A stretch of DNA of 54,010 bases from Candidatus Thermofontivivens primus (GTDB taxonomy: Bacteria; Sysuimicrobiota; Sysuimicrobiia; Sysuimicrobiales; Thermofontiviventaceae). Location of the stretch: contig JAVKJW010000015.1 of NCBI GenBank assembly GCA_031458695.1, positions 1 through 54,010 of the forward strand. Reading direction: 5' to 3'. The notes under the pieces were generated by a model. That model was not told the DNA's origin, searched no databases, and saw only the letters and a list, made by a program, of their open reading frames with translations. The translations under genes and the position numbers were made by a program. Shown here one piece after another: positions 22,215 through 31,974 of this stretch; position 1 is the stretch's first letter, and every line of letters begins with the position of its first letter.

Positions 22215-23345
22215 TCACGAGAACAATTCCTTTACCTTTTCTAAGAGCGATTTCGAAGGAGGTTTGATCCTCTGGCCCCGGAGCTTGGCGAGTTTCAGCA
22301 GCAGCTCCTGCTCCTCAGGGGAGAGATCCGTGGGAATCTCCACGCGCAGGCGCACGTGCAGGTCCCCCCTGCGGCCGTTCCGGTCAGGAAGCCCCTTTCC
22401 TTCCAAGGAGAGAGTCTGGCCAGGTTGAACCCCCGGGGGGATCGTGAGGGAGATTGGTCCTTCTAGACCGGGGATCTCAATCTCATCACCGAGGGCCGCT
22501 TGGACCATGGAGATTGGGATCTCGCACAGAAGATCGCGCCCATTTCGCTCAAAGAGAGGATGCGGAGCAAACGTCACGTAGACATAGAGGTCCCCGCGAG
22601 GACCCCCTTGCACCCCTGCTGATCCCTCCCCCGGGATGCGCAGCCGCGTGCCCTCCTCGATCCCGGGAGGGATCCTCACGCTGACCTCCCGCCGCGCATA
22701 CACCCTCCCTGTCCCTCCGCATTCTCGGCAGGGGTTCCGGAGGATCGTCCCGGTCCCCCGACACCGTGGGCAGGTGGTTATCTGGGTGAAATACCCAAAG
22801 GCGGTGCGCCGCGTATGCCTGACCTCTCCCCTCCCCTTGCAGGTGGAACAGGTCTCCGGTCCCCCTCCTCGCTCAGTCCCAGTGCCGAAGCAGGATGGAC
22901 AGGTCTCCAACCTCCGGACCTCCACGGTCTTCTCGGTGCCCGTGGCCACTTCCTCGAGGGAGATCTCCACGGAGACCTTCAGGTCATCGCCGCGCTGGGG
23001 GCCCTCCCACTCCACTCGCTCTGCCGTCCGGCGGGTCCCAAAGAAGGCTTCGAAGAGGTCCTCAAATGGGCCGAACCCGAAGTCGCCCAGGTCTACCTCG
23101 AAATCGGGGCGAATCGCCCCCTCCACTCCAGCATGCCCATACCGATCATAGCGAGCTCGTTTCTCCGGGTCGCTCAGAACCTGGTAGGCCTCATTGATCT
23201 CCTTGAACCGTTCGTTGGCCTCGGGGTCATCCCTGCGGACGTCGGGATGGTACTCACGCACGAGACGGCGGAAGGCCCGCTTGATCTCCTCCTGGGAGGC
23301 GTTCCGGTCAACGCCTAAGATCTCGTAGTAGTCCCGCTTCGCCAT
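22215..23345 (-). CDS. dnaJ: chaperone DnaJ
   Basis: J-domain with HPD and four CxxCxGxG repeats. Confidence 0.97.
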   Translation of the reverse strand: MAKRDYYEILGVDRNASQEEIKRAFRRLVREYHPDVRRDDPEANERFKEINEAYQVLSDPEKRARYDRYGHAGVEGAIRPDFEVDLGDFGFGPFEDLFEAFFGTRRTAERVEWEGPQRGDDLKVSVEISLEEVATGTEKTVEVRRLETCPSCFGTGTERGGGPETCSTCKGRGEVRHTRRTAFGYFTQITTCPRCRGTGTILRNPCRECGGTGRVYARREVSVRIPPGIEEGTRLRIPGEGSAGVQGGPRGDLYVYVTFAPHPLFERNGRDLLCEIPISMVQAALGDEIEIPGLEGPISLTIPPGVQPGQTLSLEGKGLPDRNGRRGDLHVRLRVEIPTDLSPEEQELLLKLAKLRGQRIKPPSKSLLEKVKELFS

Positions 23346-23357
23346 GGTCCATAGACA

Positions 23358-24413
23358 TCAAGAAATCCTGGTGGGGTGGGTGAGCTGGGTGAGGGCTTCT
23401 CCAAGACTCTCTGCCAGGAACTGGACAGTTGGGATGACTTTCTTGTAAGGCATGCGCGTTGGCCCGATGATCCCCACCGCCCCGGCTGGCCGGCCGCCCA
23501 CGCGGTAACATGCAGCAATCACGCTACATGCTTGCATTTCCACATACCGGTTCTCGCTCCCGATGAGCACTAAGAATCCCTTAGACACGGCATCACTGAG
23601 AAGGTCATGGAGCACCTCCTCCTGCTCGAGCATCGAGAGCAAGGGGCGTACCCTGCGGATGTCTTGGAACTCTGGCTGGAGGAGAATGTTCGCTGTTCCC
23701 TCGATGTAGACGCGAGCACGTAGGCTCAACCAGAGGCTTTTCCGGAGGATGCGCTTGAGCTGTTGGATCGCCCTCTCATGGCGAACCGCTTCCTGGATCA
23801 CCTGCGCAAGCAGACGGTCGGTGATCTCCCCCAGGGGATATCCTGCGAGGCGACGGCTAATGTGGCGCGAAAGGCGATCGAGCTCATCTGGGCTGAACCC
23901 GTCCGTGAACTGTACAACTTTCCCCTCGATCACCCCCGTATCGGTGATGATCACCGCGATAGCCTCCGTATCGCTGAGCGGGATGAGGTGGAGGTGCTTT
24001 AAGACCCCATGCTCGGGCTGGGGCTCTGCCACGATGGAGGCATACTCGGTCACCATGGCGAGGGTGCGGGCTGCCTCTTCTACTGCTTCCGCAGGCTCCC
24101 CCACGGAAAACCGGAAACGGCGGCGCAGTCGCTCCCTCTCCAGGGAAAGGATTTCCTTCTCCTCTTCCTCAACCAGCGTATCCACGTAGAGGCGGTAGGC
24201 GCGGTCAGTGGGAACACGGCCCGCGGAGGTGTACGGTTGGTGCAGGTACCCCATCTCCTCCAAAGCAGCCATCTCGTTCCGCACCGTCGCTGGGCTTACC
24301 CCTAGGTTGTACCGGAGGGCAATGGTCTCCGATCCCACAGGCTCTGCCGTGGCAATGTACTCGTTGATCACAGCCTTGAGGATCTGCCGTTTGCGCGGGT
24401 CTAGTTGCACCAT
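23358..24413 (-). CDS. hrcA: heat-inducible transcription repressor
   Basis: EPVGS, SPATVRNEMA.LE, TSAGRVPT and IIGPTRM.Y motifs. An alternative upstream ATG at 24485 would add 24 aa. Confidence 0.94.
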   Translation of the reverse strand: MVQLDPRKRQILKAVINEYIATAEPVGSETIALRYNLGVSPATVRNEMAALEEMGYLHQPYTSAGRVPTDRAYRLYVDTLVEEEEKEILSLERERLRRRFRFSVGEPAEAVEEAARTLAMVTEYASIVAEPQPEHGVLKHLHLIPLSDTEAIAVIITDTGVIEGKVVQFTDGFSPDELDRLSRHISRRLAGYPLGEITDRLLAQVIQEAVRHERAIQQLKRILRKSLWLSLRARVYIEGTANILLQPEFQDIRRVRPLLSMLEQEEVLHDLLSDAVSKGFLVLIGSENRYVEMQACSVIAACYRVGGRPAGAVGIIGPTRMPYKKVIPTVQFLAESLGEALTQLTHPTRIS

Positions 24414-24502
24414 TCTCTCACCGGCCGCGGCCCGGGTGGTGTACTCCTCGGCATCGTCTCGCCAAGAGATTTTGCCGAAGCTCATTCCCCCCTTCCGCAT
24501 CG

Positions 24503-24532
24503 AGCTTATCACCCAACGTTTTCGATTGTCAA
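24503..24532 (-). promoter_or_regulatory. sigma70-type promoter of hrcA-dnaJ-prmA-rsmE
   Basis: TTGACA(24532-24527)-18-TAAGCT with an extended TG. Overlaps the murJ stop. Confidence 0.55.
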
Positions 24533-26157
24533 CGCAGGGGACGAGCCCGGTAGCGGAGGAGGTCAAAGACCATCTTCACCTCCTCCACCCTGAGAAGGAA
24601 GCAGGCAACGAGATAGGCTAACGCCCCTCCTGCGGCGGCCGCAAAGAGCCTGAGGACCTGGCCAGAGAGACCCCCCAACTCAACCAGTTCCCCTCCCCCG
24701 TGGAGGAGGGAGAACGCTGCGACCCCCAGGGCAACCGAGGCGATTGTCACCTTCCCCAGCGTCTGCCCAATCCGCCTTCCGTCCACGGCGCCCCAACGCC
24801 GTCGGAGGAGCCAAAGGAGGGTTCCTACATTGGCAATAGCCACCAGCGAGGTCGCCAGGGCGATTCCAGTGTGGCCCAGGACCTGCATGAGCGCAACATC
24901 CAAAAACGCGTTGACGCCAATCATCGCAGCGCCCACTTTTACTGGTGTGAGGACATCGTGCTGGGCGTAGAAGGTGCGAGTGAGGATATAGTAGGAAGCG
25001 ATGGCGGCAAGACCTACAGCGTACCCAACGACAGCGCTTGCCACTGCGGCCGTGGATTCCGGAGCAAACGCCCCGCGCTCAAAGATCAAGCGTACCATGG
25101 ATTTGCTGGCAGCCAAGAAGAGCCCGACCAGCGGCATTGTGGCGAAGAGGACCATCCGGATCCCCAGGGAGTTCGCCTCTCGGAGAGCAACGCGGTCCCC
25201 CAGGGAAGCGTGCCGCGCCAAGGTGGGAAACACGGCTGTCGCGATAGAGATCCCAAAGATGGAAACAGGCGCCTGGACTACCTGGTAGGCATAGTCCAGG
25301 ACTGCCACGTAGTTGACCTGAGGGGTTGCCGGAAGGAAGGAGGCAAAGAACCTGTCTACATATGCATTGACTTCCACAACAGCGAGGCCCAACATGGCCG
25401 GGAGGCTTAACCGGGCCATCTCCCGCACTGCGGGGTGGCGGAGCTCAAGGCTTGGACGCCAGCGGAACCCATGACGGAGGGCGGCAGGCACCTGGACGGC
25501 AAACTGCAGGGCCCAACCCAGGAGGAAGCTCACTGCAAGCCCTGTGACCCCAAGGAGGGGACCGAGCAGGAAGATCCCCCCAATGATCACGCTGTTGAAC
25601 AGGAGAGGGGCGAGGGCGGGCGCGGTGAAGTGCTGGTGCGCATGGAGATACCCCATGGCAAACCCCGAGAGGGCAAGGAAGAACATCGCTCCAAACATGA
25701 TCCGGGTAAGCCGGACGGCTAAAGGGATCAGGTCAGGATCAGTCCAGCGGAAGCCCGGGGCCGAGAGGGTGACCAACAGGGGCGCTAAGGCAAGACCCGC
25801 CAGAACCATGAGTACCCCGAGAAGGACCACAAGGTTGAAGATGGTGGTGGAAATGCGATGGACTTCCTCATCGTCCCCCCTAGCCAGGTACTCACTGAGC
25901 GTGGGGATGAACACGATGCTCAACGTCCCACTCAGCAGGAGGCGCTGGATGAAGAACGGGATGTTGTACCCGATGACAAAGGCTCCCTTGGCGCTGGTTG
26001 CTCCGAAGAAGGCAGCGGTGGCAACCTCCCTGAGGAGGCCGAGGAAGCGGCTGAGGAGCGTGGCCACAGCCATGAGGCCAGCGGCGCGGGCCACACGTCG
26101 GGTTGCCTGCGCTGTTCGTACAACCGCAGGTTCGTCCACCACGCACCATCCAACCAA
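24529..26157 (-). CDS. murJ: lipid II flippase MurJ/MviN
   Basis: SRFLGLLRE..AAFFGA, VFIP, F..PALAP, FERGAF and RTFYA motifs; many TM helices. Start is uncertain (GTG 26139 is possible). Confidence 0.92.
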   Translation of the reverse strand: MVGWCVVDEPAVVRTAQATRRVARAAGLMAVATLLSRFLGLLREVATAAFFGATSAKGAFVIGYNIPFFIQRLLLSGTLSIVFIPTLSEYLARGDDEEVHRISTTIFNLVVLLGVLMVLAGLALAPLLVTLSAPGFRWTDPDLIPLAVRLTRIMFGAMFFLALSGFAMGYLHAHQHFTAPALAPLLFNSVIIGGIFLLGPLLGVTGLAVSFLLGWALQFAVQVPAALRHGFRWRPSLELRHPAVREMARLSLPAMLGLAVVEVNAYVDRFFASFLPATPQVNYVAVLDYAYQVVQAPVSIFGISIATAVFPTLARHASLGDRVALREANSLGIRMVLFATMPLVGLFLAASKSMVRLIFERGAFAPESTAAVASAVVGYAVGLAAIASYYILTRTFYAQHDVLTPVKVGAAMIGVNAFLDVALMQVLGHTGIALATSLVAIANVGTLLWLLRRRWGAVDGRRIGQTLGKVTIASVALGVAAFSLLHGGGELVELGGLSGQVLRLFAAAAGGALAYLVACFLLRVEEVKMVFDLLRYRARPLR

Positions 26158-26217
26158 CTGTCAAAGAAGACCTGCCCCATTATAACACGCCGGTCCCCCC
26201 GGGAGCTCAAGGGAAGC

Positions 26218-26246
26218 TTGTCAACCTCCCTTCCCCATGGTAAAAT
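26218..26246 (+). promoter_or_regulatory. sigma70 promoter of rpsT
   Basis: TTGTCA-17-TAAAAT with an extended TG. Confidence 0.6.
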
Positions 26247-26339
26247 CTCCCCGTCATCCACGGAGCCCAGCAAAATCTCGTAGGAGATTGTGCTGGCTGA
26301 GGAAACAGGACCATTTCATTCATCGGGAGGAAGCCAAAG

Positions 26340-26621
26340 GTGGCGAAGAAGAACCTTTCAGCGCTGAAGCGGCACCGGCAATCGGAAAAAAGAAGGCTAC
26401 GAAACCAAGCGTATCGCTCCCGGGCGAAGACCCTGGTGAAGAAAGTATTCCAGGCAGGGACCGTGGAAGAAGCTCGGGCTGCTCTCATCGCTGCTGTCAA
26501 GGCGCTTGATAAGCTCGCCGCCAAAGGGATCGAGCATAAGAATACCGTGTCCCGCAAGAAGTCCCGCCTGATGCGGGCGTTCAACAAGTTCATCCAGGAG
26601 TTGACGCAAGCGGCCGCTTGA
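26340..26621 (+). CDS. rpsT: 30S ribosomal protein S20
   Basis: [32 protein letters not shown] motifs. Confidence 0.96.
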   Translation: MAKKNLSALKRHRQSEKRRLRNQAYRSRAKTLVKKVFQAGTVEEARAALIAAVKALDKLAAKGIEHKNTVSRKKSRLMRAFNKFIQELTQAAA

Positions 26622-26630
26622 AGGTACAAT
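26601..26630 (+). promoter_or_regulatory. sigma70 promoter for the ANTAR regulator-nadE unit, embedded in the rpsT 3' end
   Basis: TTGACG(26601-26606)-18-TACAAT(26625-26630), just upstream of the ANTAR leader. Confidence 0.65.
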
Positions 26631-26638
26631 ACCCTCGA

Positions 26639-26699
26639 GTACCGTGACGTACACGCAGGCAACGGCGCCTGAAAGGGGAAAGGCGCCGTTGCCTTTTTT
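26639..26699 (+). promoter_or_regulatory. ANTAR dual-hairpin RNA site overlapping an intrinsic terminator
   Basis: P1 GTAC-cgtGac-GTAC and P2 AGGC-AacGgc-GCCT. P2 is the 5' arm of a perfect 14-bp stem (26657-26694) followed by a T tract. Confidence 0.88.
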
Positions 26700-26712
26700 G
26701 TAGGGGGATCGT

Positions 26713-27312
26713 ATGGGGCTGCGAGTCCTCATCGCAGACGATGAGCCCATCATCCGCCTGGGCCTGCGTACCATTCTCGAAGAGCAGGGGTACGAGATCG
26801 TCGGGGAGGCAGACACCGGATGGAAGGCCATTGCGCTCGCCCGGGACATGGCTCCTGATCTCATCATTCTCGACATCCGGATGCCTCAGATGGACGGTTT
26901 GCAAGCCGCACGCGCCATTATGGCCGAGCGCCCGACGGCCATCCTCCTCCTCACCGCTTACGCGGACCGCGAACTTGTGGAGGAGGCCAAGAGGTGCGGG
27001 GTCCTCGCGTACCTGGTGAAACCGTTCAAGGAGGCCGACCTCATCCCGGCCATGGAGATCGCCGTGGCCAGGTTTCGAGAGCTCCAAATCCTCCAGCAAG
27101 AGGCCGGAACCCTCAGGGATGCCATCGAGGCGAGGGAGCTCATTGAACAGGCCAAGCGCGTCCTCATGAGGTATCTCGACGTGAGCGAAGCAGAGGCATT
27201 CGGGAGGATCCGCAGGCTCAGCATGAACAGCCGCAAACCCTTGAAGGAGGTCGCTGAGGCCATCCTCATTTCCGTCCCTCAAGAGGAGAAGGGACGCAGG
27301 CGCAGGCGATGA
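26713..27312 (+). CDS. ANTAR-domain response regulator (REC + ANTAR; EutV/NasT/PdtaR-like)
   Basis: Receiver motifs IADD, LDIRMP, LTA and KPF. C-terminal ANTAR sequence IEQAKRVLM..EAEAF..IR..SM. Confidence 0.93.
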   Translation: MGLRVLIADDEPIIRLGLRTILEEQGYEIVGEADTGWKAIALARDMAPDLIILDIRMPQMDGLQAARAIMAERPTAILLLTAYADRELVEEAKRCGVLAYLVKPFKEADLIPAMEIAVARFRELQILQQEAGTLRDAIEARELIEQAKRVLMRYLDVSEAEAFGRIRRLSMNSRKPLKEVAEAILISVPQEEKGRRRRR

Positions 27313-29078
27313 AGCACATGCGCGTTGCCCTTGCCCAGATCAACCTTACCGTGGGAGACCTCGACGGGAACACCCAGAGGATCTGCCAAGCGGTGGAAGA
27401 GGCACGTACCGCAGGAGCGGATGTCGTCGTCTTCCCAGAACTCGCCATCACAGGGTACCCTCCGGAGGACCTTCTGCTCAGGCCCAAGTTCATAGAGGAG
27501 AACCTTTCCTGCCTCCATAAGGTTGCCGCCTCTAGTCAGGGGATTGTGGTCATCGTCGGGTTCGTAGACCGGCAGGAGACTTTGTTCAACGCTAGTGCCG
27601 TGCTGGCTGATGGCCGCATCGCCGGTGTGTACCACAAGCGCCTCCTTCCCAACTACGGCGTCTTTGACGAGAAGCGATACTTCGCCCCTGGAAAGAGCTG
27701 CCCGCTCTTCCATCTCGACGATGTCCCTTTTGGGGTGAGTATCTGTGAGGATATCTGGTTCCCTGACGGCCCACACCTCGCGTTGTCGCGCGCCGGAGCC
27801 CTTGTTCTCTTTAATCTCAATGCCTCGCCCTACCACATGGGCAAATGGCGCCTACGCGAGGAGATGCTCGCGACCCGTGCCCGAGATGGTGGCGTCGCCG
27901 TGGTCTACGTCAACCTCGTTGGAGGTCAGGACGAGCTCGTCTTCGATGGGGGGAGCGTTGTCTTCGACCACGAGGGTTCGCTCCTGGCAAGAGGTCCCCA
28001 ATTCGAAGAGGCCCTCGTCATCGCTGATCTCCCCATCGAAGCGATCCGCCGCCGGAGGGCTAGGACTCCCACCATCGCAGAGGAGGGGCGCCTCCCGCTG
28101 GGGGAGGTTCCTACCCCCTCCATCCCTGTTCGCGTCACCTTCTCTACGCGAAAGCAGCAGGTCAACCCTACCTTCGCAGACCCCCTTCCGCCCCTGGAGG
28201 AGGTATACAGGGCCCTCGTCCTGGGAACCTCAGACTACGTCAGGAAGAACGGTTTCACCACGGTGGTGGTAGGGCTCAGCGGGGGCATCGACTCCTCCCT
28301 CACTGCAGTCATCGCCGCGGATGCACTAGGGCCCGAGAACGTTGTGGGGGTATTCATGCCCTCACCGTACACTTCTCAGGAGAGCGCGCGGTACGCCCAG
28401 GAGCTAGCCCGCCGCCTGGGCATCCGTTTCCTCCTCCTTCCCATCGGCCCCATCTTCCAAGCGTTCCTCCAGGTCCTGGAGGAGCCCTTCTCCGGCCTCC
28501 CCCGGGATGTGACCGAGGAGAACATCCAGGCGCGTATCCGGGGGACGCTCCTGATGGCGCTCTCAAACAAGTTCGGCTGGCTCGTCCTGGCCACCGGGAA
28601 CAAGAGCGAGATGAGCACAGGCTACGCAACCCTCTACGGGGACATGGCGGGAGGGTTCGCGGTCCTCAAGGATGTTCCCAAAACCCTTGTGTATGCCCTG
28701 GCCAGGCACCGGAACGAGCGGGATCCGGTGATCCCCGAGGGAGTTCTAGAGCGTCCTCCCACCGCTGAACTCAGGCCAGGACAGGTGGACCAAGAGACAC
28801 TCCCCCCTTACGAGATCCTCGACCCCCTGTTAAAAGCCTATGTGGAGGAGGACAAGCCTCCTGAGGAGATCGTCGCCGCTGGATTCGATCCGGATGTTGT
28901 GGCGAAGGTCACGGCAATGGTGGACCGGAATGAGTACAAGCGGAGGCAGGCTCCCCCGGGCATCAAGATTACCCCCAGGGCGTTGGGGAAGGATCGGCGG
29001 CTCCCCATCACCAACCGATACCGCCCGTTCCTAGCGGATTCCGCCCTTCCGCGCGAGGAAAATAGAAGAGGAAAATAG
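27309..29078 (+). CDS. nadE: glutamine-dependent NAD+ synthetase
   Basis: Nitrilase domain (FPEL..TGYPPEDL, K..LPNYGVFDE, ICEDIW) plus synthetase motifs SGGIDS, ENIQAR and TGNKSE. ATGA overlap with the regulator. Confidence 0.96.
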   Translation: MKHMRVALAQINLTVGDLDGNTQRICQAVEEARTAGADVVVFPELAITGYPPEDLLLRPKFIEENLSCLHKVAASSQGIVVIVGFVDRQETLFNASAVLADGRIAGVYHKRLLPNYGVFDEKRYFAPGKSCPLFHLDDVPFGVSICEDIWFPDGPHLALSRAGALVLFNLNASPYHMGKWRLREEMLATRARDGGVAVVYVNLVGGQDELVFDGGSVVFDHEGSLLARGPQFEEALVIADLPIEAIRRRRARTPTIAEEGRLPLGEVPTPSIPVRVTFSTRKQQVNPTFADPLPPLEEVYRALVLGTSDYVRKNGFTTVVVGLSGGIDSSLTAVIAADALGPENVVGVFMPSPYTSQESARYAQELARRLGIRFLLLPIGPIFQAFLQVLEEPFSGLPRDVTEENIQARIRGTLLMALSNKFGWLVLATGNKSEMSTGYATLYGDMAGGFAVLKDVPKTLVYALARHRNERDPVIPEGVLERPPTAELRPGQVDQETLPPYEILDPLLKAYVEEDKPPEEIVAAGFDPDVVAKVTAMVDRNEYKRRQAPPGIKITPRALGKDRRLPITNRYRPFLADSALPREENRRGK

Positions 29079-29105
29079 AAAAGGACAAAATTGAAAAATT
29101 TTCGC

Positions 29106-29135
29106 TTGACATCCTGTTGATCTCTATGCTATAAG
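29106..29135 (+). promoter_or_regulatory. sigma70 promoter of the amtB operon
   Basis: TTGACA(29106-29111)-18-TATAAG with an extended TG and an A/T-rich upstream segment. Confidence 0.7.
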
Positions 29136-29144
29136 GAAGAACAA

Positions 29145-29218
29145 GCACGAAGCTGTGCATGGAGAAGGCAACGGCGCCTTCACCTACCGGGAGGTGGGGA
29201 GGGCGCCGTTCTCTTTTT
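29145..29218 (+). promoter_or_regulatory. ANTAR dual-hairpin RNA site overlapping an intrinsic terminator
   Basis: P1 GCAC-gaaGct-GTGC and P2 AAGGC-AacGgc-GCCTT. Terminator stem 29170-29210 has a GGGA tetraloop, followed by CTCTTTTT. Confidence 0.88.
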
Positions 29219-29301
29219 GGTGAAGCAATCCGGCCCCCTTGCCAAAACCATCAATGGGCCTTTACGGGAAAGCCTGGAGGACAGCAAGGAGAGGTGGAGC
29301 G

Positions 29302-30678
29302 ATGCAAAGGCTGATCGGAGTGTTGGCTCTTGTTCTTTCGGTAGCTCTGCCGGCTCTCGCAGGAGATCCCACGGGAACGGAGGCCCTGCGCTCCGACCCC
29401 AATGCTCCTGTGAACTTTACCTGGACACTTGTGGCAGCCTTCCTGGTGTTCTTCATGCAGGCGGGGTTTGCGCTGCTGGGCGCAGGCCTCATCCGTTCCA
29501 AGAACACGGTGAACTACCTCACCAAGAGCTTCATGGACTTTTGCATGGCGACCCTCTCGTTCTGGGCGTTCGGCTTTGCCCTCATGTTCGGCGGCTCAAA
29601 GCTAGCACCAGGGCTCGAGCAAGGGAATTCCCTCGTGGGCTGGTCTGGGTTCTTCCTCAGCGGACCTTCGTACGATGTGCGCACGCTCCTGTTTTGGTTC
29701 TTCCAGATGGTCTTTGCCGCCACGGCCGCTACCATCGTCGCAGGAGCAGTTGCGGAGCGCATGAAGATCACTGCCTACCTGGCCTATAGCTTCCTCATCG
29801 GGGCCTTGATCTATCCCATCTACGGGCACTGGATCTGGGGCGGTGGGTGGCTGGCGAACTTGCCGTTTGGCGCTGGAGCGAGAGATTTTGCGGGCTCCAG
29901 TGTGGTGCATGCGGTGGGTGGCTTGGTTGCCCTCACCGGCGCCGCCATGGTAGGACCGCGTATTGGCAAGTTCAACCCCGACGGCACACCCAACCAGATC
30001 CCCGGCCATAACATGGTCTACGTCGTGACAGGGGCCTTCATCCTGTTCTTCGGCTGGTTCGGGTTCAACCCGGGAAGTACCCTGGCGGCCACAGACTTGC
30101 GCATCTCGGTGATCGCGGTGAACACGCTCCTGGCAGGGGCAGCGGGCGCTGTCGCGGCGATCTACTATAGCCTCGTCCGTACCGGGAAGGCGGACATTGG
30201 TCTCGCTTGCAACGGCGCGCTGGCCGGGCTTGTGGGGATCACCGCACCGTGCGCCTACGTCTCCCCTTGGGCTGCGGTGATCATCGGGGTCGTGGCCGCG
30301 TTCGTGATGATGGGGACCTTGACGTTCGTGGAGCGCATCCTGCACGTGGACGACCCCGTGGGCGCCATCGCTGTCCACGCCGGCGGTGGGCTCTGGGGGA
30401 TGCTCGCGGTTGGGATCTTTGCCGACGGCACCTATGGGAATGTCGCAGGCCTCGTTGCCGGGCAGTGGGGGCAGCTTGTAGCTCAGCTCATTGCCATAAC
30501 GACGGTTACTGCGTGGTCCCTGGCGACGGGGTTCCTGATGTTCTGGATACTCAAGAAGACCATGGGGCTCCGGGCCTCTCGAGAGGAAGAGCTTGCCGGC
30601 CTCGATCTCCCTGAGCACGGGACCGAGTGCTACCCCGAGGGGTACATCCCGGCCTTTCCGATGGCGACAGGAAAGTGA
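29302..30678 (+). CDS. amtB: ammonium transporter
   Basis: FMQAGF, FQMVFA, AERM, DFAGSSVVH, WFGFNPGS and DDPVGAIAVH motifs; signal-peptide-like N-terminus. Confidence 0.96.
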   Translation: MQRLIGVLALVLSVALPALAGDPTGTEALRSDPNAPVNFTWTLVAAFLVFFMQAGFALLGAGLIRSKNTVNYLTKSFMDFCMATLSFWAFGFALMFGGSKLAPGLEQGNSLVGWSGFFLSGPSYDVRTLLFWFFQMVFAATAATIVAGAVAERMKITAYLAYSFLIGALIYPIYGHWIWGGGWLANLPFGAGARDFAGSSVVHAVGGLVALTGAAMVGPRIGKFNPDGTPNQIPGHNMVYVVTGAFILFFGWFGFNPGSTLAATDLRISVIAVNTLLAGAAGAVAAIYYSLVRTGKADIGLACNGALAGLVGITAPCAYVSPWAAVIIGVVAAFVMMGTLTFVERILHVDDPVGAIAVHAGGGLWGMLAVGIFADGTYGNVAGLVAGQWGQLVAQLIAITTVTAWSLATGFLMFWILKKTMGLRASREEELAGLDLPEHGTECYPEGYIPAFPMATGK

Positions 30679-30688
30679 GGTGAGAGAG

Positions 30689-31960
30689 ATGCTCTTTGAA
30701 GCATGGCTTGGCATCACGGCGTTCGTGGTGCTCATGACTTTGTGGCTCGTCCTGCCGAGCCGGTTCATCCATCGCAATCGCTTGAGAACCCTGGAGGAAT
30801 CAGCGGAACCTGTGGGAACAGAGCAGCAGGAGAAGAATCCCCCAGCTCCTGCGCGAGCTCTGCACCGGAACGGTGGAATGCAGGCTCCATGGGCAGGGAT
30901 ACCTGAGGTCAAGCTCGTACGCAACCGTGCCTTCTCCCTCCATAGGGCTGCGGACGAACCACGGTACTTCTTTGTGATACAGCTGGAAGGACTCCTGGGA
31001 AAGGGGGAGGCTAGGATCCCTGTGTACTGGCGCCCTTCCCCTTCCCCAGATGATCTCCTCCTCAAGGAGATCTACGAAGTGGAAGTAGCCGGGAGATGGG
31101 TGCGGGCTGGAAACCTCCAGACACTCCAGGACCTCCTCGCTCAGACCCTAGGGGAGCTTCTCCGGACCCGCCTCCCTGCCTTCTGGCTCGTCCCTCCAAA
31201 GGGCGGTTCGATTCCCGTCTTCCAAGAGAACGGGAGCCTCCTGGCAGTGATCCCTGCAGGGCCGCGCATTGCCGACGACACGCTGGGCGGCTTGCGGGAG
31301 AAATTCCGCCACTACCTAGCCCTCACCAATGGGGCCAATCTCGACCATCTCACCGTAGCGAAGCTCTCCCCGTTCGACCTGCGTATCCACCGGCCCACCG
31401 CCGTCTTCGAGGGCGAAGGAACATGGATCCCCGTGTTCCACCTTGGTTCTCACCTCTTCGCGAAAGATCGTATCGAATCCGCATGGGAGTGCGAAGGCGG
31501 TCCAGAAGCCCTCCTGCATCTGTGGCGGCTGATCGGAGAGGAGCTTTCCCAGAAAGGCCACATCTCTGGGCCCTGTGCCCTGGCCATCACCAATCTCTCA
31601 GAACCAACGTGGGAGGCCCTCCAGTCATCCCTCCGCCCTACCGAATTCGCTCTCTCACATGAACAAAGCACACCCTCCGGCGGGGGGGAAAGGTGGCTTT
31701 CCATCTTGCAGTGGGAGGGGTTCTTCTTTTGCCGGGCTCCAGGCCGAGGGAATTGTCTGTATGCCTCCTTCGACCCATGGGAACTGTGCGTCCGCCTCGG
31801 CATGGAGCTCCGGAGGAAGCGGGGAACCTCGCCTGTCTTTGGATCCTCCCTTGGGCTCACCGCCTTCACAGATCAGGAGAGGAAATGGGGGATGGACGGG
31901 TGGCTTGCCCCACCTGTCATTGCGCAACCTGGTGAAAGAGCTCCAAGCAGAACAGCGTAG
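30689..31960 (+). CDS. hypothetical protein, N-terminal TM helix, apparently four degenerate internal repeats
   Basis: GAGGTG RBS. Fills the gap between amtB and the flotillin gene with 10- and 14-bp spacers. No recognised family. Confidence 0.75.
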   Translation: MLFEAWLGITAFVVLMTLWLVLPSRFIHRNRLRTLEESAEPVGTEQQEKNPPAPARALHRNGGMQAPWAGIPEVKLVRNRAFSLHRAADEPRYFFVIQLEGLLGKGEARIPVYWRPSPSPDDLLLKEIYEVEVAGRWVRAGNLQTLQDLLAQTLGELLRTRLPAFWLVPPKGGSIPVFQENGSLLAVIPAGPRIADDTLGGLREKFRHYLALTNGANLDHLTVAKLSPFDLRIHRPTAVFEGEGTWIPVFHLGSHLFAKDRIESAWECEGGPEALLHLWRLIGEELSQKGHISGPCALAITNLSEPTWEALQSSLRPTEFALSHEQSTPSGGGERWLSILQWEGFFFCRAPGRGNCLYASFDPWELCVRLGMELRRKRGTSPVFGSSLGLTAFTDQERKWGMDGWLAPPVIAQPGERAPSRTA

Positions 31961-31974
31961 GAGGTGACACGCCC

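Noticed and set aside
24448..24478. CIRCE element
   Set aside because: The arms and spacing do not fit TTAGCACTC-N9-GAGTGCTAA.
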